NCBI GenBank assembly: GCA_965221955.1
Contig: CBDCTA010000022.1
Location: forward strand, 256,001-320,000
Source of the DNA: Gammaproteobacteria bacterium
Lineage (GTDB): Bacteria; Pseudomonadota; Gammaproteobacteria; UBA4575
Reading direction: 5' to 3'
Length of the DNA: 64,000 nt
This document shows, one piece after another, positions 27,322 to 41,263 of the stretch; position 1 is the first letter of the stretch, and each line of letters starts with the position of its first letter. Under the pieces are notes generated by a model. That model had not been told where the DNA came from, made no database searches, and was given only the letters and a program-made list of their open reading frames with translations. A program made the translations under genes and the position numbers.

Positions 27322-27597
27322 TCAGTGCTCAGAAATACATTGGTCATAAGTATCAATTAGTCCTTCTGTAAGCGAATAGAACTCTTTCATGTGTGTTCTT
27401 TGATTATATTGCTCCCAACTCTTTTGGCTTTCCCAAAGCTGGTCAAAGAAAAATACCAGCTTGTTATCTAAAGAAGGATGTAAATCACATTGAACACAAC
27501 CATTCGCTTTGCGAGTAATTGCAATAATTGAACGTAATGCTTTTTCCAGTGCATCTTTGTGATGGGGCTTGGCTTGGTATTTAATTATCAGCTTCAT
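27322..27597 (-). CDS. Antibiotic biosynthesis monooxygenase (ABM/YgiN-like) protein
   Basis: AKP...L......TR...GC...DLH, W.S......HM pattern; 91 aa. Confidence 0.8.
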   Translation of the reverse strand: MKLIIKYQAKPHHKDALEKALRSIIAITRKANGCVQCDLHPSLDNKLVFFFDQLWESQKSWEQYNQRTHMKEFYSLTEGLIDTYDQCISEH

Positions 27598-27729
27598 ATA
27601 ACCACTATACTTAAAGTGTTGACTATACTAATTATAAACACTTCTTATTATTTTGATTAAAAAATTCAAGCGCAAAACTGCTGAATTCCCTTTTGTGATT
27701 CTTATAATTAACTCAAAAAAGGAGGGTGT

Positions 27730-27807
27730 ATGTACGACTTGATTTATCTTATTTTTCTTGCCGTTGCGATTCTTGTTATTTGGAGCAACTCAAGTAAAGT
27801 CGACTGA
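27730..27807 (+). CDS. 25-aa single-pass membrane micro-protein (not in ORF track)
   Basis: RBS aaggaggg then MYDLIYLIFLAVAILVIWSNSSKVD*. Confidence 0.55.
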   Translation: MYDLIYLIFLAVAILVIWSNSSKVD

Positions 27808-27937
27808 ATATCTACATTCAGTTTTATTTAAAAATCTACAGATACTTAGTGCTTAACTAAAAGTTAAAATGAGGAAGCAAGGTTAACAGCGTTCAGACTT
27901 AGAGAATGAGAGAGTTGTTGGAGAGAGAGGTTCACTA

Positions 27938-28024
27938 TCTGGTAATTCCGCTGTCATAGAATCCTTGCTTCCTTAGACCGGTAATTTTGCGCCCCTAGCT
28001 TTCACTAGGTTTGCCCTTTTCAGT
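27938..28024 (-). ncRNA. c-di-GMP-I (GEMM) riboswitch aptamer
   Basis: Minus strand AAAGGGCAAACCTAGTGAAAGCTAGGGGCGCAAAATTACCGGTCTAAGG...ATGACAGCGGAATTACCAG: GGGCAAACC, GAAA tetraloop, CGCAAA junction, CTAA receptor, TTACC. G at the G20-equivalent position. Confidence 0.93.
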
Positions 28025-28242
28025 AGCAGTATTACTCCTCAGTAATCAACTAACAGGAACAGTGTAATAATTTAATCAGCTGATTTACTTGAGATCACTC
28101 ACACTTTCTCTTTCATACCGCTCATTCGAGCACCAGTTAATTCTCTAATTTTCAATAGCTTAAATACTATCAGCCGTTAACGGTGTGATATGCCCGATAG
28201 ATGACGTAGTACTCGATGCGGATAATTTATGATCGATAAATA

Positions 28243-28277
28243 CGATTATTACTATGAATACAATGAAATTTACTAAT
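28243..28277 (+). promoter_or_regulatory. Putative OxyR operator upstream of katG
   Basis: CGATTATTACTATGAATACAATGAAATTTACTAAT, 29/35 ungapped identity to 31945-31979 next to the oxyR start; periodic AT-rich LysR/OxyR-type pattern. Confidence 0.7.
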
Positions 28278-28342
28278 GATCTGTATTACGCAATGATTCT
28301 CCTACACATGAAAAGTTTATTACACATCACTTAATTAGCTAA

Positions 28343-30568
<2,226 letters not shown>

Positions 30569-30610
30569 AGCTTTTATAAAACCTAAACGTTAATTAAGTA
30601 AGCAAGTCAA

Positions 30611-30657
30611 AATTATGCGTCGAGTTTAAATTCAATAAATTTACTCGACGCGTAATT
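30611..30657 (+). terminator. Strong inverted repeat downstream of katG (terminator or mRNA-stabilising hairpin)
   Basis: aattatgcgtcgagt / actcgacgcgtaatt, 15-bp stem; no clear U-tract. Confidence 0.55.
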
Positions 30658-30668
30658 GAATAATCAAA

Positions 30669-31079
30669 ATGAAGATTTTAATTTATAATTTAATTGGAGG
30701 AATTTCACTGACCTTAGGCGTACTGGGTGTATTTTTACCTTTACTACCTTCTACTTGTTTTATCTTACTAGCGACTTGGGCTTTTTCTAAATCATCGCCC
30801 TTATTCCATAGCTGGCTATTACACAAATCACCATTTTCAGAATCTATTCAAAGTTGGCAACAACATAGAATTATTCCTGTAAAAGTAAAATGGATTGCCA
30901 CTATTTCAATAATAGCATCGTATACAATTACACTTCTTTTTGTAACTAACGCCTACGTTCTGGTTACGCTTGGATTTGGCTTGCTAGGTTTACTTGCTTT
31001 CATACTTAGTAGACCTGGAGAAATAAATTTTGAATCTAATGGCCAGCAGCTTCACGAATTACATCAGCGAGCAATTTAA
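30669..31079 (+). CDS. YbaN (DUF454) family inner-membrane protein
   Basis: LGVLGVFLPLLPSTCFILLATWAFSKSSP.FH.WL signature. Confidence 0.88.
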   Translation: MKILIYNLIGGISLTLGVLGVFLPLLPSTCFILLATWAFSKSSPLFHSWLLHKSPFSESIQSWQQHRIIPVKVKWIATISIIASYTITLLFVTNAYVLVTLGFGLLGLLAFILSRPGEINFESNGQQLHELHQRAI

Positions 31080-31935
31080 ATTCGTTCTTTCTGACACTTG
31101 ACTTACGCCAAGCAAGGCCAATTTCACGATACGACTTGTCTTTTAAATCTTTAGTTTGCACTTTAGTGTTTTTCAACAATCCAGCATCAATTGCCATTTG
31201 TGGAATAAACGTAACACCAAGGTCACTATCAACCATTTGAATCAAGCTATACAAACCACTTGCGGAAAATTTACTAATTTTTTCTTTCCGGCCTAAACTG
31301 CATGCACTCAAAGCATGGTCGCGTAAACAATGCCCATCCTCTAATAATAAAATTGATTCCTTATTTAACTTATTGGGAGAAAACTTTTCTGGATCAATTA
31401 ACGTTGTACCTTTTTTAAACGCTAATTTAAAAGGATCATTAAAAATAGAGATTGATTCTGTATTTTTTAAATCAATAGGAAGTGCAAGTAATAGTAAATC
31501 TAATTCACCATCAAGCAACAATTCATGAATCTTTTTAGTTTGTTCTTCTTTTAGATATAACTCTAGTTTAGGAAATTTCTTACGGACCTTAGGTAAAATT
31601 TTTGGCAACAAAAATGGTGCAATAGTAGGGATCACGCCCATTTTAAGCACTCCGCTTAATGGCTCCTGAACAGACTTGGCGATATCAACAATTCCCTCGA
31701 TATCAAAAATGGCTAATCTGGCCTGTTGTGCGACCAACTTTCCTGCAGAAGTGAACACCACGCTACGATTAGTGCGATCGACTAAGACAACATTTAATAG
31801 CTCTTCAAGATCTTTAATCGCTACACTAAATGCAGATTGTGTAACGAAACTTGCTTCTGCAGCTCGTCCAAAGTGCAGATGTTTTTCTAGAGCAATTAAA
31901 TAGCGAAGTTGCTTAACAGTAGGTAAATTAACCAT
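31036..31935 (-). CDS. oxyR: Hydrogen-peroxide-inducible LysR regulator OxyR
   Basis: LysR HTH (HFGRAAEASFVTQS), GVIPTIAPFLLP, redox motif LLEDGHCLRDHALSAC; convergent with katG. Confidence 0.93.
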   Translation of the reverse strand: MVNLPTVKQLRYLIALEKHLHFGRAAEASFVTQSAFSVAIKDLEELLNVVLVDRTNRSVVFTSAGKLVAQQARLAIFDIEGIVDIAKSVQEPLSGVLKMGVIPTIAPFLLPKILPKVRKKFPKLELYLKEEQTKKIHELLLDGELDLLLLALPIDLKNTESISIFNDPFKLAFKKGTTLIDPEKFSPNKLNKESILLLEDGHCLRDHALSACSLGRKEKISKFSASGLYSLIQMVDSDLGVTFIPQMAIDAGLLKNTKVQTKDLKDKSYREIGLAWRKSSVRKNEFKLLADVIREAAGH

Positions 31936-31944
31936 TTGAGAAAT

Positions 31945-31979
31945 CGATTACTATGATGAAAATAATGAAATTTACTTAT
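31945..31979 (+). promoter_or_regulatory. Putative OxyR autoregulatory/divergent operator
   Basis: CGATTACTATGATGAAAATAATGAAATTTACTTAT, 10 nt upstream of the oxyR ATG; matches the katG site 29/35. Confidence 0.7.
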
Positions 31980-32042
31980 AGCAAGAAAAACCTATTATGG
32001 CTAGTGAAAGAAAGATGCAAGATTGAGATATCAATAAATTTT

Positions 32043-32131
32043 CATTGTCCTGGCCCTTATGATAATAAGGTTTAGAAGATACTCCTCCCCCTAACTCCCT
32101 CTTATCCTTCTTAGCCAGGACAGTGTTTTTT
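32043..32131 (+). ncRNA. Candidate small RNA divergent from oxyR
   Basis: 12-bp closing stem CATTGTCCTGGC/GCCAGGACAGTG with a G-U pair valid only on +, inner hairpin CCTTATGATAATAAGG, C/U-rich loop, then TTTTTT. Confidence 0.55.
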
Positions 32132-32147
32132 CAATGCTAAGTATGAC

Positions 32148-32774
32148 TTAATGAATAATATCTAAGAACTCTAAAATCTCATGCGCAGTCGCACGGTCGC
32201 CATGGTTATCACTCACTTTAGCGTACTGAATATAGCCATCATGATCGATAACAAAAGCAGCTGGATATGCAGTTTCTTTTGGATTATCCCAACGAAGGTT
32301 TAATTGATTAGTGATTTTAAAATCTTGATCAAGAAGAAATATAAAATTGCTGGGTAAATCTACTTCTTTTTCTAGTGGAGCAGTGAATTCTTTTGCTCGT
32401 TTTTGCAAATTATTTACCTTGCCAGGATAAATAAAAACTACCGGTGTATTTCTTTGTTTTTCAAACTCTTCTGCTTTAGCAATATAACCTGCAACTTGAG
32501 TGGAACAAACTGGGCATTGTGCATCTGGAAAACCTCGCAACATCACCAATACAACAGAACCTTTTTCTACATGTTTTGAAAGATGGAAGTCTGCACCATT
32601 TATGGTTGTGCCTTCAATCTCGCCAATTTTACTGCCTTCTTTAGGACCGATATTTATTTTCTCAGCAAATATAGAATGAGAAAAAAGTAAAAAACATATA
32701 TAAAAGAAAAATACGATTTTTATAGATTTCATATCTATTCCTGATGTGAAATTCGTGTCTTGCTTAGTATTCAT
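32148..32774 (-). CDS. Exported peroxiredoxin-like AhpC/TSA family protein
   Basis: VVLVMLRGFPDAQCPVC, AYPAAFVIDHDG.IQY; signal-peptide-like segment from Met16, so the true start may be downstream. Confidence 0.8.
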   Translation of the reverse strand: MNTKQDTNFTSGIDMKSIKIVFFFYICFLLFSHSIFAEKINIGPKEGSKIGEIEGTTINGADFHLSKHVEKGSVVLVMLRGFPDAQCPVCSTQVAGYIAKAEEFEKQRNTPVVFIYPGKVNNLQKRAKEFTAPLEKEVDLPSNFIFLLDQDFKITNQLNLRWDNPKETAYPAAFVIDHDGYIQYAKVSDNHGDRATAHEILEFLDIIH

Positions 32775-32816
32775 TTCAGCAACAAAGTTCCTATCATTTA
32801 CTCAAATTGATAACGG

Positions 32817-33407
32817 TTATGCTTTATCAATAGTCATTTTACGTAATGTCCGATCTTTTTTTATAAAATGATGATACAGCGCTGCGAGAATATGTCCTGC
32901 AATCAATAAAAGTACAATGAGTTCTCCGCCTAACTCCTTATGTATGTAGTCAATCGGTTCTTCAAATTCCTTAAAACTTATGTTTAAACCATTTGTGACT
33001 ATAGTCGAAAAAACTTGAGTGTTTTCAAATTTAGTAATGTCAAAAAGAAAAAAGTATTCGGTATTCACACCTGTGCCAATATATCCCGTTAAAGGCATCA
33101 CTATCATCATCGCATAAAGCGCATAGTGTCCTAATTTTGCTGCGAGATGTGCCACTCTGGAGCCTGGCTCTTCATCTGGGACACGATTCATTAAACGCCA
33201 AATGATACGTAGTAAAACTAGCACAGCTATAGTGATACCAACCGAAAGATGTAGCTGTAAAGCTGTCCAGTTTTCAGGGGTATCTTTTACTGTAAACCAA
33301 TGGCGATATTTTACGGTGACATAAGAACACAAAAATAGTGCCGCAATGCTCCAGTGAAGCCATTTGGCAATCGAGCCATATGCGAATTGAGAATTTTTAA
33401 GCGCCAT
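32817..33407 (-). CDS. Cytochrome b561 family protein
   Basis: KWLHWSIA, LHLSVG....L...RIIWR, GHYALY......PLTG, GHILAALYHHF...D.TL..M. Confidence 0.9.
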   Translation of the reverse strand: MALKNSQFAYGSIAKWLHWSIAALFLCSYVTVKYRHWFTVKDTPENWTALQLHLSVGITIAVLVLLRIIWRLMNRVPDEEPGSRVAHLAAKLGHYALYAMMIVMPLTGYIGTGVNTEYFFLFDITKFENTQVFSTIVTNGLNISFKEFEEPIDYIHKELGGELIVLLLIAGHILAALYHHFIKKDRTLRKMTIDKA

Positions 33408-33467
33408 TTATTAATTATAGAACGCTAAAGGTTCTGATAATACTTACTGTTTTATTACAAGCGTGAA

Positions 33468-35297
33468 TTATTCGACTGTAACCGATTTAGCTAGATTGCG
33501 GGGCTGATCCACATCGGTACCTTTTAGAATAGCGACGTGATAGGAAAGAATTTGTAGTGGTATGGTAAAGATAATCGGTGCTACAGCATTATCCGGTGCA
33601 TCCACTTCAATTACGATAGTGTCGGGTTCCGAAACAAATCCTGAACTGGCATCTGCAAATACATGTAGCACACCGCCACGTGCACGCACCTCTTCTAAGT
33701 TGGATTTTAGTTTTTCCAGCAACTCATCATTAGGTGCAACAGTGATGACTGGAATTTTATCATCCACTAATGCAATAGGGCCGTGCTTGAGCTCGCCTGC
33801 AGGATAGGCTTCAGCATGAATGTATGAAATTTCTTTTAATTTTAATGCTCCTTCCATAGCAACTGGATGGTGAATACCGCGCCCTAAGAACAGTGCGTGG
33901 TTTTTATCGCCATAATGTTTAGCCAGTTTTTTAATAGTAGGGTCAAGCTCCAATACTTTATTGATGCGTGTGGGCAAATTTAACAACTGTTCAACTACAA
34001 TTTTTTCCAATTCGTCATGCATACCATGACGACGGCCTGCTGTGATCACCAGTAATAACAACGCCACTAACTGGGTAGTAAACGCTTTAGTCGATGCCAC
34101 ACCAATTTCAGGGCCGGCGTGTGTCATCAAAACAAGATCAGACTCCCTAACCAATGAACTTTCTGGCACATTACAAATTACCAGTGATCCTACATAGTCT
34201 TCTTGTTTTGCTTGTTGTAATGCCGCAAGCGTATCAGCGGTTTCACCTGACTGAGATATCGTTACAAATAAGGTTCCCGGTTGTACAACATGTTTACGAT
34301 AACGAAACTCACTGGCCACATCTACAAAACAAGGAATACCGGCGAGCTCTTCAAACCAAAACTTTGCAATTAAGCCTGCGTGGTAGCTCGTGCCACATGC
34401 AATAATTTGAATGACTTTCGTTTGATCTAAAATTTCTTTTGCTTGTGGGCCTAAAATTTGTTCCGCCACGCGGCCATTAATGAGCCTACCCTCTAAAGTG
34501 TCAGATACCGCTTGCGGTTGCTCATAAATTTCTTTAAGCATGAAATGTGGGTAACCGCCTTTCTCCGCGGCATCCGCTGATAATTTACTTTTAGTGACAG
34601 GCCGTTCGGCCTTTGCGCCATTATCATCAAATATAGTAATTGCATTACGGCTTATTTCTGCGATGTCACCATTCTCTAAAAAAATAAAATCTTGAGTTTC
34701 TTTTAATAATGCTTGCACATCTGAAGCGATAAAGTTTTCTTTTTCACCAATACCAATCACTAACGGGCTACCGTGTCTAGCTGCAATTAGTTTTTCAGGA
34801 TCATTTTTATCGATCACTCCCAATGCATATGCACCTTTAATATCGTTTAAAGTTCTTTGTACCGACTCGAACAAGTTTGAGCCTTTATCAAGATAAAAAA
34901 CAATTTGATGCGCGATGACTTCAGTATCTGTATCCGAAGTAAAACTAAAGCCATGCTCAATTTGTTGTTTCTTAAGTTCCTCAAAATTTTCAATAATGCC
35001 ATTGTGAACAATAGCTACTTTGTTATTACATATATGAGGGTGTGCATTGTTTTCTGCTGGTGCGCCATGTGTGGCCCAGCGAGTATGCGCAATACCAAGT
35101 TGTCCGATAAGAGCAGATTCATCTAATGCCAAACCAAGCTCGTTGACTTTGCCAGTTTTACGAATGCGTTTTAATTCTCCATCGGTAAGCACAGCCATGC
35201 CTGCCGAATCATAGCCACGGTACTCAAGACGACGTAAGCCCTCTAATAAAACTGGAGAGACATCTCTATTTGCGATTGCACCAACTATTCCGCACAT
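33468..35297 (-). CDS. glmS: Glutamine--fructose-6-phosphate aminotransferase
   Basis: MCGIVG start, HTRWATHG, SQSGETADT, PRNLAKSVTVE end. Confidence 0.99.
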   Translation of the reverse strand: MCGIVGAIANRDVSPVLLEGLRRLEYRGYDSAGMAVLTDGELKRIRKTGKVNELGLALDESALIGQLGIAHTRWATHGAPAENNAHPHICNNKVAIVHNGIIENFEELKKQQIEHGFSFTSDTDTEVIAHQIVFYLDKGSNLFESVQRTLNDIKGAYALGVIDKNDPEKLIAARHGSPLVIGIGEKENFIASDVQALLKETQDFIFLENGDIAEISRNAITIFDDNGAKAERPVTKSKLSADAAEKGGYPHFMLKEIYEQPQAVSDTLEGRLINGRVAEQILGPQAKEILDQTKVIQIIACGTSYHAGLIAKFWFEELAGIPCFVDVASEFRYRKHVVQPGTLFVTISQSGETADTLAALQQAKQEDYVGSLVICNVPESSLVRESDLVLMTHAGPEIGVASTKAFTTQLVALLLLVITAGRRHGMHDELEKIVVEQLLNLPTRINKVLELDPTIKKLAKHYGDKNHALFLGRGIHHPVAMEGALKLKEISYIHAEAYPAGELKHGPIALVDDKIPVITVAPNDELLEKLKSNLEEVRARGGVLHVFADASSGFVSEPDTIVIEVDAPDNAVAPIIFTIPLQILSYHVAILKGTDVDQPRNLAKSVTVE

Positions 35298-35314
35298 ATA
35301 TATTTGTTATTTCT

Positions 35315-36742
35315 TTACTTGTTAATTTTTTTCTGAGGACGCTGCCACCCATCCAGAGTGATTTGTTTGCTGCGCGCCAGAGTTAATTTATCTTTAGGGG
35401 CATCTTTGGTTATGGTTGATCCAGCTCCGATTGTTGCGCCATCCCCTACTGTTACAGGAGCAACAAATTGTGTATCGGAACCTACAAATACATTATCACC
35501 AATCGTAGTACGGTGTTTGTTAGCCCCGTCATAATTACAGGTAATAGTTCCAGCACCTATGTTTACGTCTTTACCCAGCTCACTATCGCCGATATAGCTT
35601 AAGTGATTAATTTTACTGCCTGTTTTGACCTTGGCTTTTTTGATTTCGACAAAATTACCAACCTTAACGTTCTCGGCTAACATTGTATCTGGTCGTATAC
35701 GCGCAAATGGACCAAGTTCACATTGCGAACCAATATTGGCGTTTTCAATATGACAGTTCGCATGAATTTTAGTGCCTGCTTTGATCTGCGAGTTAATAAT
35801 CACGGCATTAGCACCAATGCTTACCCCATCGCCTAGAGTATTGTTACCGACAAACACACCGTTTATATCAATTTCAACATCTTTACCCGTAGACAACTTT
35901 CCACGTACATCAATACGTGAGGGGTCAATGAGTGTGACGCCATTTTCCATGAGCTGCTCAGCAATGCGAGTTTGAAAAATTCGCTCAACTTGAGCCAGGT
36001 GCTGTTTGTTATTTACGCCAAGAATCTCTTCTTCACTTTCACAAACGATTGCTTCTACTTTTTGACCTTGTTGTACTGCCAAAGCTATACAGTCTGTTAA
36101 ATAATATTCTTGTTGCGCATTATTGTTATTAACTTTTGCCAACCAAGCTTTTAGGTCACTTGCTTGAGCTGCAAGTATTCCTGAGTTAATTTCTTTAATA
36201 TGTAAAGTTGCAGAATCTGCATCTTTTTGCTCAACAATAGCTTGAACATTGTTTGCACTCTTTTCACTATTAGAATTTTTTTGTGCTTCACTCTGTGAAT
36301 AGGTTTCATTTGAATTTTTACGAACAATTCGGCCATAGCCTGTAGGGTCTTCTAAAATAGCTGACAACAGTACTAGCTGTTTATTCGATAAGCCGCTAAC
36401 TAGCTGTTGTAAAGTTTCTGTTTTTAATAAAGGTACATCACCATACAAAATCAAAACGTTTTGCGTATCATCGATGTTAGGTAAGGCTTGTTGTACGGCA
36501 TGCCCGGTACCAAGTTGTTCGCTCTGCATACACCAATTTACTTTTTCATTTGCAAGTGTAGCTTCAATAAGTTCAGCGCCATGTCCAATAACCACATGAA
36601 TCGCATCAGGAGATAACTCATTTGCACAATCTACAACGTGCGCCAACATAGGTTTGCCAGCAACTTTATGCAGTACCTTTGGCAAGTCGCTATTCATGCG
36701 TGTACCTTTGCCTGCTGCAAGGATAATGATCTCAAGTCCCAT
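35315..36742 (-). CDS. glmU: Bifunctional UDP-GlcNAc pyrophosphorylase / glucosamine-1-P acetyltransferase
   Basis: LAAGKGTRM.S.LPKVLH, EQLGTGHAV, hexapeptide repeats, GAGTITCNYDGANKH. Confidence 0.99.
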   Translation of the reverse strand: MGLEIIILAAGKGTRMNSDLPKVLHKVAGKPMLAHVVDCANELSPDAIHVVIGHGAELIEATLANEKVNWCMQSEQLGTGHAVQQALPNIDDTQNVLILYGDVPLLKTETLQQLVSGLSNKQLVLLSAILEDPTGYGRIVRKNSNETYSQSEAQKNSNSEKSANNVQAIVEQKDADSATLHIKEINSGILAAQASDLKAWLAKVNNNNAQQEYYLTDCIALAVQQGQKVEAIVCESEEEILGVNNKQHLAQVERIFQTRIAEQLMENGVTLIDPSRIDVRGKLSTGKDVEIDINGVFVGNNTLGDGVSIGANAVIINSQIKAGTKIHANCHIENANIGSQCELGPFARIRPDTMLAENVKVGNFVEIKKAKVKTGSKINHLSYIGDSELGKDVNIGAGTITCNYDGANKHRTTIGDNVFVGSDTQFVAPVTVGDGATIGAGSTITKDAPKDKLTLARSKQITLDGWQRPQKKINK

Positions 36743-36936
36743 AATTACGTTGAATATTTTCTTCGATTATTTTTTTATAGCTACACGATACAGAATATGA
36801 TTACAGTTTATGCCAACGTAGCCTATAAAAGAAAAGCATAATTTGAATAGGAGGGGAAAACAGCAGATAGATACCACTGCTGGGGGCTTAAAAGCTTGTT
36901 TTACTAGGGAATTTTCTAAAAATTTTATTAGATAAC

Positions 36937-37359
36937 TTATTTACGTATCTTGCGCATGCGTTCAATCATACGCAATTGTTCCGCAGCACGAACCAATTCA
37001 ATTTGCGCTTTCGCAGCATCAAAATCACTTGCCTTGTCTTTCATTGCTTCTTCAGCTCGTTGCTTGGCTTCTAGTGCTTTGGCTTCATCTAGATCTTCAG
37101 CACGAATCGCTGTATCGGAAAGTACCGTCACTACATGCGGCTGCACCTCTAAAATGCCTCCAGAAACATATAGATATTGATCTTCCTTGCCTTCAATTTC
37201 GATCTTCAATTCGCCTGGACGTAGTCCAGTTACCAGTGGAGTGTGGCGTGGGTAGATGCCTACATCACCCATTTGTGCCGGTGCAAACACAGCACTAATG
37301 GTGCCAGAGAAAAGCTCTTTCTCAGCACTCACCACATCGAGATGCATGGTCATTGCCAT
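36937..37359 (-). CDS. atpC: ATP synthase F1 epsilon
   Basis: [28 protein letters not shown]. Confidence 0.98.
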   Translation of the reverse strand: MAMTMHLDVVSAEKELFSGTISAVFAPAQMGDVGIYPRHTPLVTGLRPGELKIEIEGKEDQYLYVSGGILEVQPHVVTVLSDTAIRAEDLDEAKALEAKQRAEEAMKDKASDFDAAKAQIELVRAAEQLRMIERMRKIRK

Positions 37360-37361
37360 GT

Positions 37362-38745
<1,384 letters not shown>

Positions 38746-38781
38746 TTATCCTCTTAACTATATAATATTTAAAATAAACTA

Positions 38782-39645
38782 TTAAACTGCAGCGGCACCG
38801 CCAACAATTTCTGAAATTTCTTGTGTGATCGCAGCTTGGCGTGCTTTGTTATAAGCAAGCTGCAATTCTGAAATAAGATCGCCTGCATTATCTGATGCAC
38901 TTTTCATTGCAATCATTCTAGCTGCCATTTCACAAGCCACATTTTCAACTACGGCTTGGTATACGATCGATTCTGCATAACGTGTTAGCAAACCGTCTAA
39001 CACTTCTTTTGCATCGGGTTCGTAAATGTAATCCCAGTGATGCTTTAATTCGTCATTGTCTTCAGGTTCTAAAGGCAGCAATGCTGAAACTTTTGGTTTT
39101 TGCGTCATGGTATTCACAAATTCATTTTCAACTAGAAATACTCGATCTACTTTGCCTTCTGTATACGCATCCAGCATAGTTTTAACTGTTCCAATCAGTT
39201 CGCTTAAATGCACCTCATCACCTAAATGCGAAACTTGAGAAATCACATTTGTAGCGAACTTTTTGAAAAACTGCGTGCCTTTCGCACCAATTAGACAAAA
39301 ATCAATTTCTACATTTTTTTCTTGCCACTGCTGCATGTCTTTTAATGCAGCTTTGAACGCATTAATGTTTAAACCACCACACAAACCACGGTCACTGGAA
39401 ACGATGATATAACCCACACGTTTCACTTCTTCGCGTGGCAATAAAAATGGATGACTATACTCAGTATTCGCATTTGCTAAATGTCCGATTACATTTAACA
39501 TTTTTCTAGAATACGGTCGCGTAGCACTCATGCGGTCTTGCGCTTTACGCATCTTGCTTGCCGCCACCATTTCCATTGCTTTGGTGATCTTTTGAGTATT
39601 TTTAATACTCGCGATCTGCGTGCGTATTTCTTTCTCGTTTGCCAT
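38782..39645 (-). CDS. atpG: ATP synthase F1 gamma
   Basis: [35 protein letters not shown]. Confidence 0.99.
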   Translation of the reverse strand: MANEKEIRTQIASIKNTQKITKAMEMVAASKMRKAQDRMSATRPYSRKMLNVIGHLANANTEYSHPFLLPREEVKRVGYIIVSSDRGLCGGLNINAFKAALKDMQQWQEKNVEIDFCLIGAKGTQFFKKFATNVISQVSHLGDEVHLSELIGTVKTMLDAYTEGKVDRVFLVENEFVNTMTQKPKVSALLPLEPEDNDELKHHWDYIYEPDAKEVLDGLLTRYAESIVYQAVVENVACEMAARMIAMKSASDNAGDLISELQLAYNKARQAAITQEISEIVGGAAAV

Positions 39646-39672
39646 TTATGTTTTGTTTATATATATCAGGTT

Positions 39673-41214
39673 CTACCAGGTTCCCTTGGCTTTAAAATCT
39701 TCAACCGCTTTGGCTAAACCGGCTTCAATGTCATCATTGAAGTCGCCTGTATTGTTGATGTTATCGAGCAAGTCTTTATGTTGTGAACGCATAAAGTCAT
39801 GCATAGCGTGCTCAAAATCTACCACTTTGTTAACTTCAACATCATCGACATAACCTTTGTCTACCGCAAATAGCGACACCGCCATTTCGGCAATGGTTAA
39901 TGGTGAATACTGCAGCTGTTTCATCAATTCCATTACACGCTCACCACGTTCTAATTGTTTACGTGTTTGCTCATCAAGATCAGAAGCAAACTGTGAGAAT
40001 GCGGCAAGTTCGCGATATTGCGCAAGCGCTAAACGTACACCGCCACCTAACTTTTTAATAATCTTGGTTTGCGCCGCACCACCTACACGTGAAACGGACA
40101 AGCCCGCGTTAATCGCTGGACGGAAACCTGAGTTGAACAAATCACTTTCTAAGAAAATTTGTCCGTCAGTAATTGAAATTACGTTGGTCGGTACGAATGC
40201 AGATACGTCACCAGCTTGTGTTTCAATAATCGGAAGTGCAGTAAGCGATCCCGTTTGGCCCTTGACTTCACCGTTGGTAAACTGCTCTACATAATCAGCA
40301 TTCACACGTGATGCTCGCTCTAATAAACGAGAGTGTAAGTAGAAAACATCACCCGGATAAGCTTCACGACCTGGCGGACGTCTTAATAACAAAGAAACTT
40401 GGCGATACGCCCAAGCCTGTTTAGTTAAGTCATCATAAATAATGAGTGCGTCTTCACCACGATCACGGAAATACTCACCCATGGAACAACCTGAATACGG
40501 TGCGATGTATTGCATAGCCGCTGATTCAGAAGCACTCGCCGATACGATAATGGTGTGCTCCATTGCATTGTGTTCTTCTAACTTACGCACAACGTTGGCA
40601 ACCGATGAGTTCTTTTGCCCAATCGCAACGTAGATACACTTTATGCCGGTACCTTTTTGGTTAATGATGGCATCGATCGCAACCGCAGTTTTACCCGTTT
40701 GACGATCACCAATAATCAATTCGCGTTGACCGCGACCGATTGGTACCATGGAATCAATCGACTTCAAACCAGTCTGCACAGGCTGATCGACTGATTGACG
40801 TTCAATTACACCCGGTGCAATTTTTTCAATCGGTGATGATAGAGAGGTATTAACAGGGCCTTTACCATCGATGGGCTCACCCAATGAATTCACAACCCGG
40901 CCCAACATTTCAGTACCCACAGGTACTTCAAGAATACGCCCGGTACAAGAAACTTTATCGCCTTCAACGATGTGTTTGTAATCGCCCAGTACTACCGCAC
41001 CAACGGAGTCACGCTCAAGGTTAAGCGCCATACCAAATGTGTTTTGTGGAAACTCCAACATTTCGCCCGCCATCACGTCGGCTAAACCATGAACACGCAC
41101 AATACCGTCGGTTACACCGACTACCGTGCCTTCAGTGCGAGCTTCTGCAACCGCATCAAAGTTTTCAATGCGGCTTTTTATGAGTTCACTAATTTCTGTT
41201 GGGTTAAGTTGCAT
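39673..41214 (-). CDS. atpA: ATP synthase F1 alpha
   Basis: [31 protein letters not shown]. Confidence 0.99.
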   Translation of the reverse strand: MQLNPTEISELIKSRIENFDAVAEARTEGTVVGVTDGIVRVHGLADVMAGEMLEFPQNTFGMALNLERDSVGAVVLGDYKHIVEGDKVSCTGRILEVPVGTEMLGRVVNSLGEPIDGKGPVNTSLSSPIEKIAPGVIERQSVDQPVQTGLKSIDSMVPIGRGQRELIIGDRQTGKTAVAIDAIINQKGTGIKCIYVAIGQKNSSVANVVRKLEEHNAMEHTIIVSASASESAAMQYIAPYSGCSMGEYFRDRGEDALIIYDDLTKQAWAYRQVSLLLRRPPGREAYPGDVFYLHSRLLERASRVNADYVEQFTNGEVKGQTGSLTALPIIETQAGDVSAFVPTNVISITDGQIFLESDLFNSGFRPAINAGLSVSRVGGAAQTKIIKKLGGGVRLALAQYRELAAFSQFASDLDEQTRKQLERGERVMELMKQLQYSPLTIAEMAVSLFAVDKGYVDDVEVNKVVDFEHAMHDFMRSQHKDLLDNINNTGDFNDDIEAGLAKAVEDFKAKGTW

Positions 41215-41263
41215 TTTCTATTCCTCTTTTGTACCCAAGTACTAAGTAAATATTTAAATCTTT

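Noticed and set aside
33408-33500. Tn7 insertion at attTn7 downstream of glmS
   Set aside because: The glmS 3' end is intact, but the gap to the next gene is only 60 nt with no Tn7 end repeats or tns genes.
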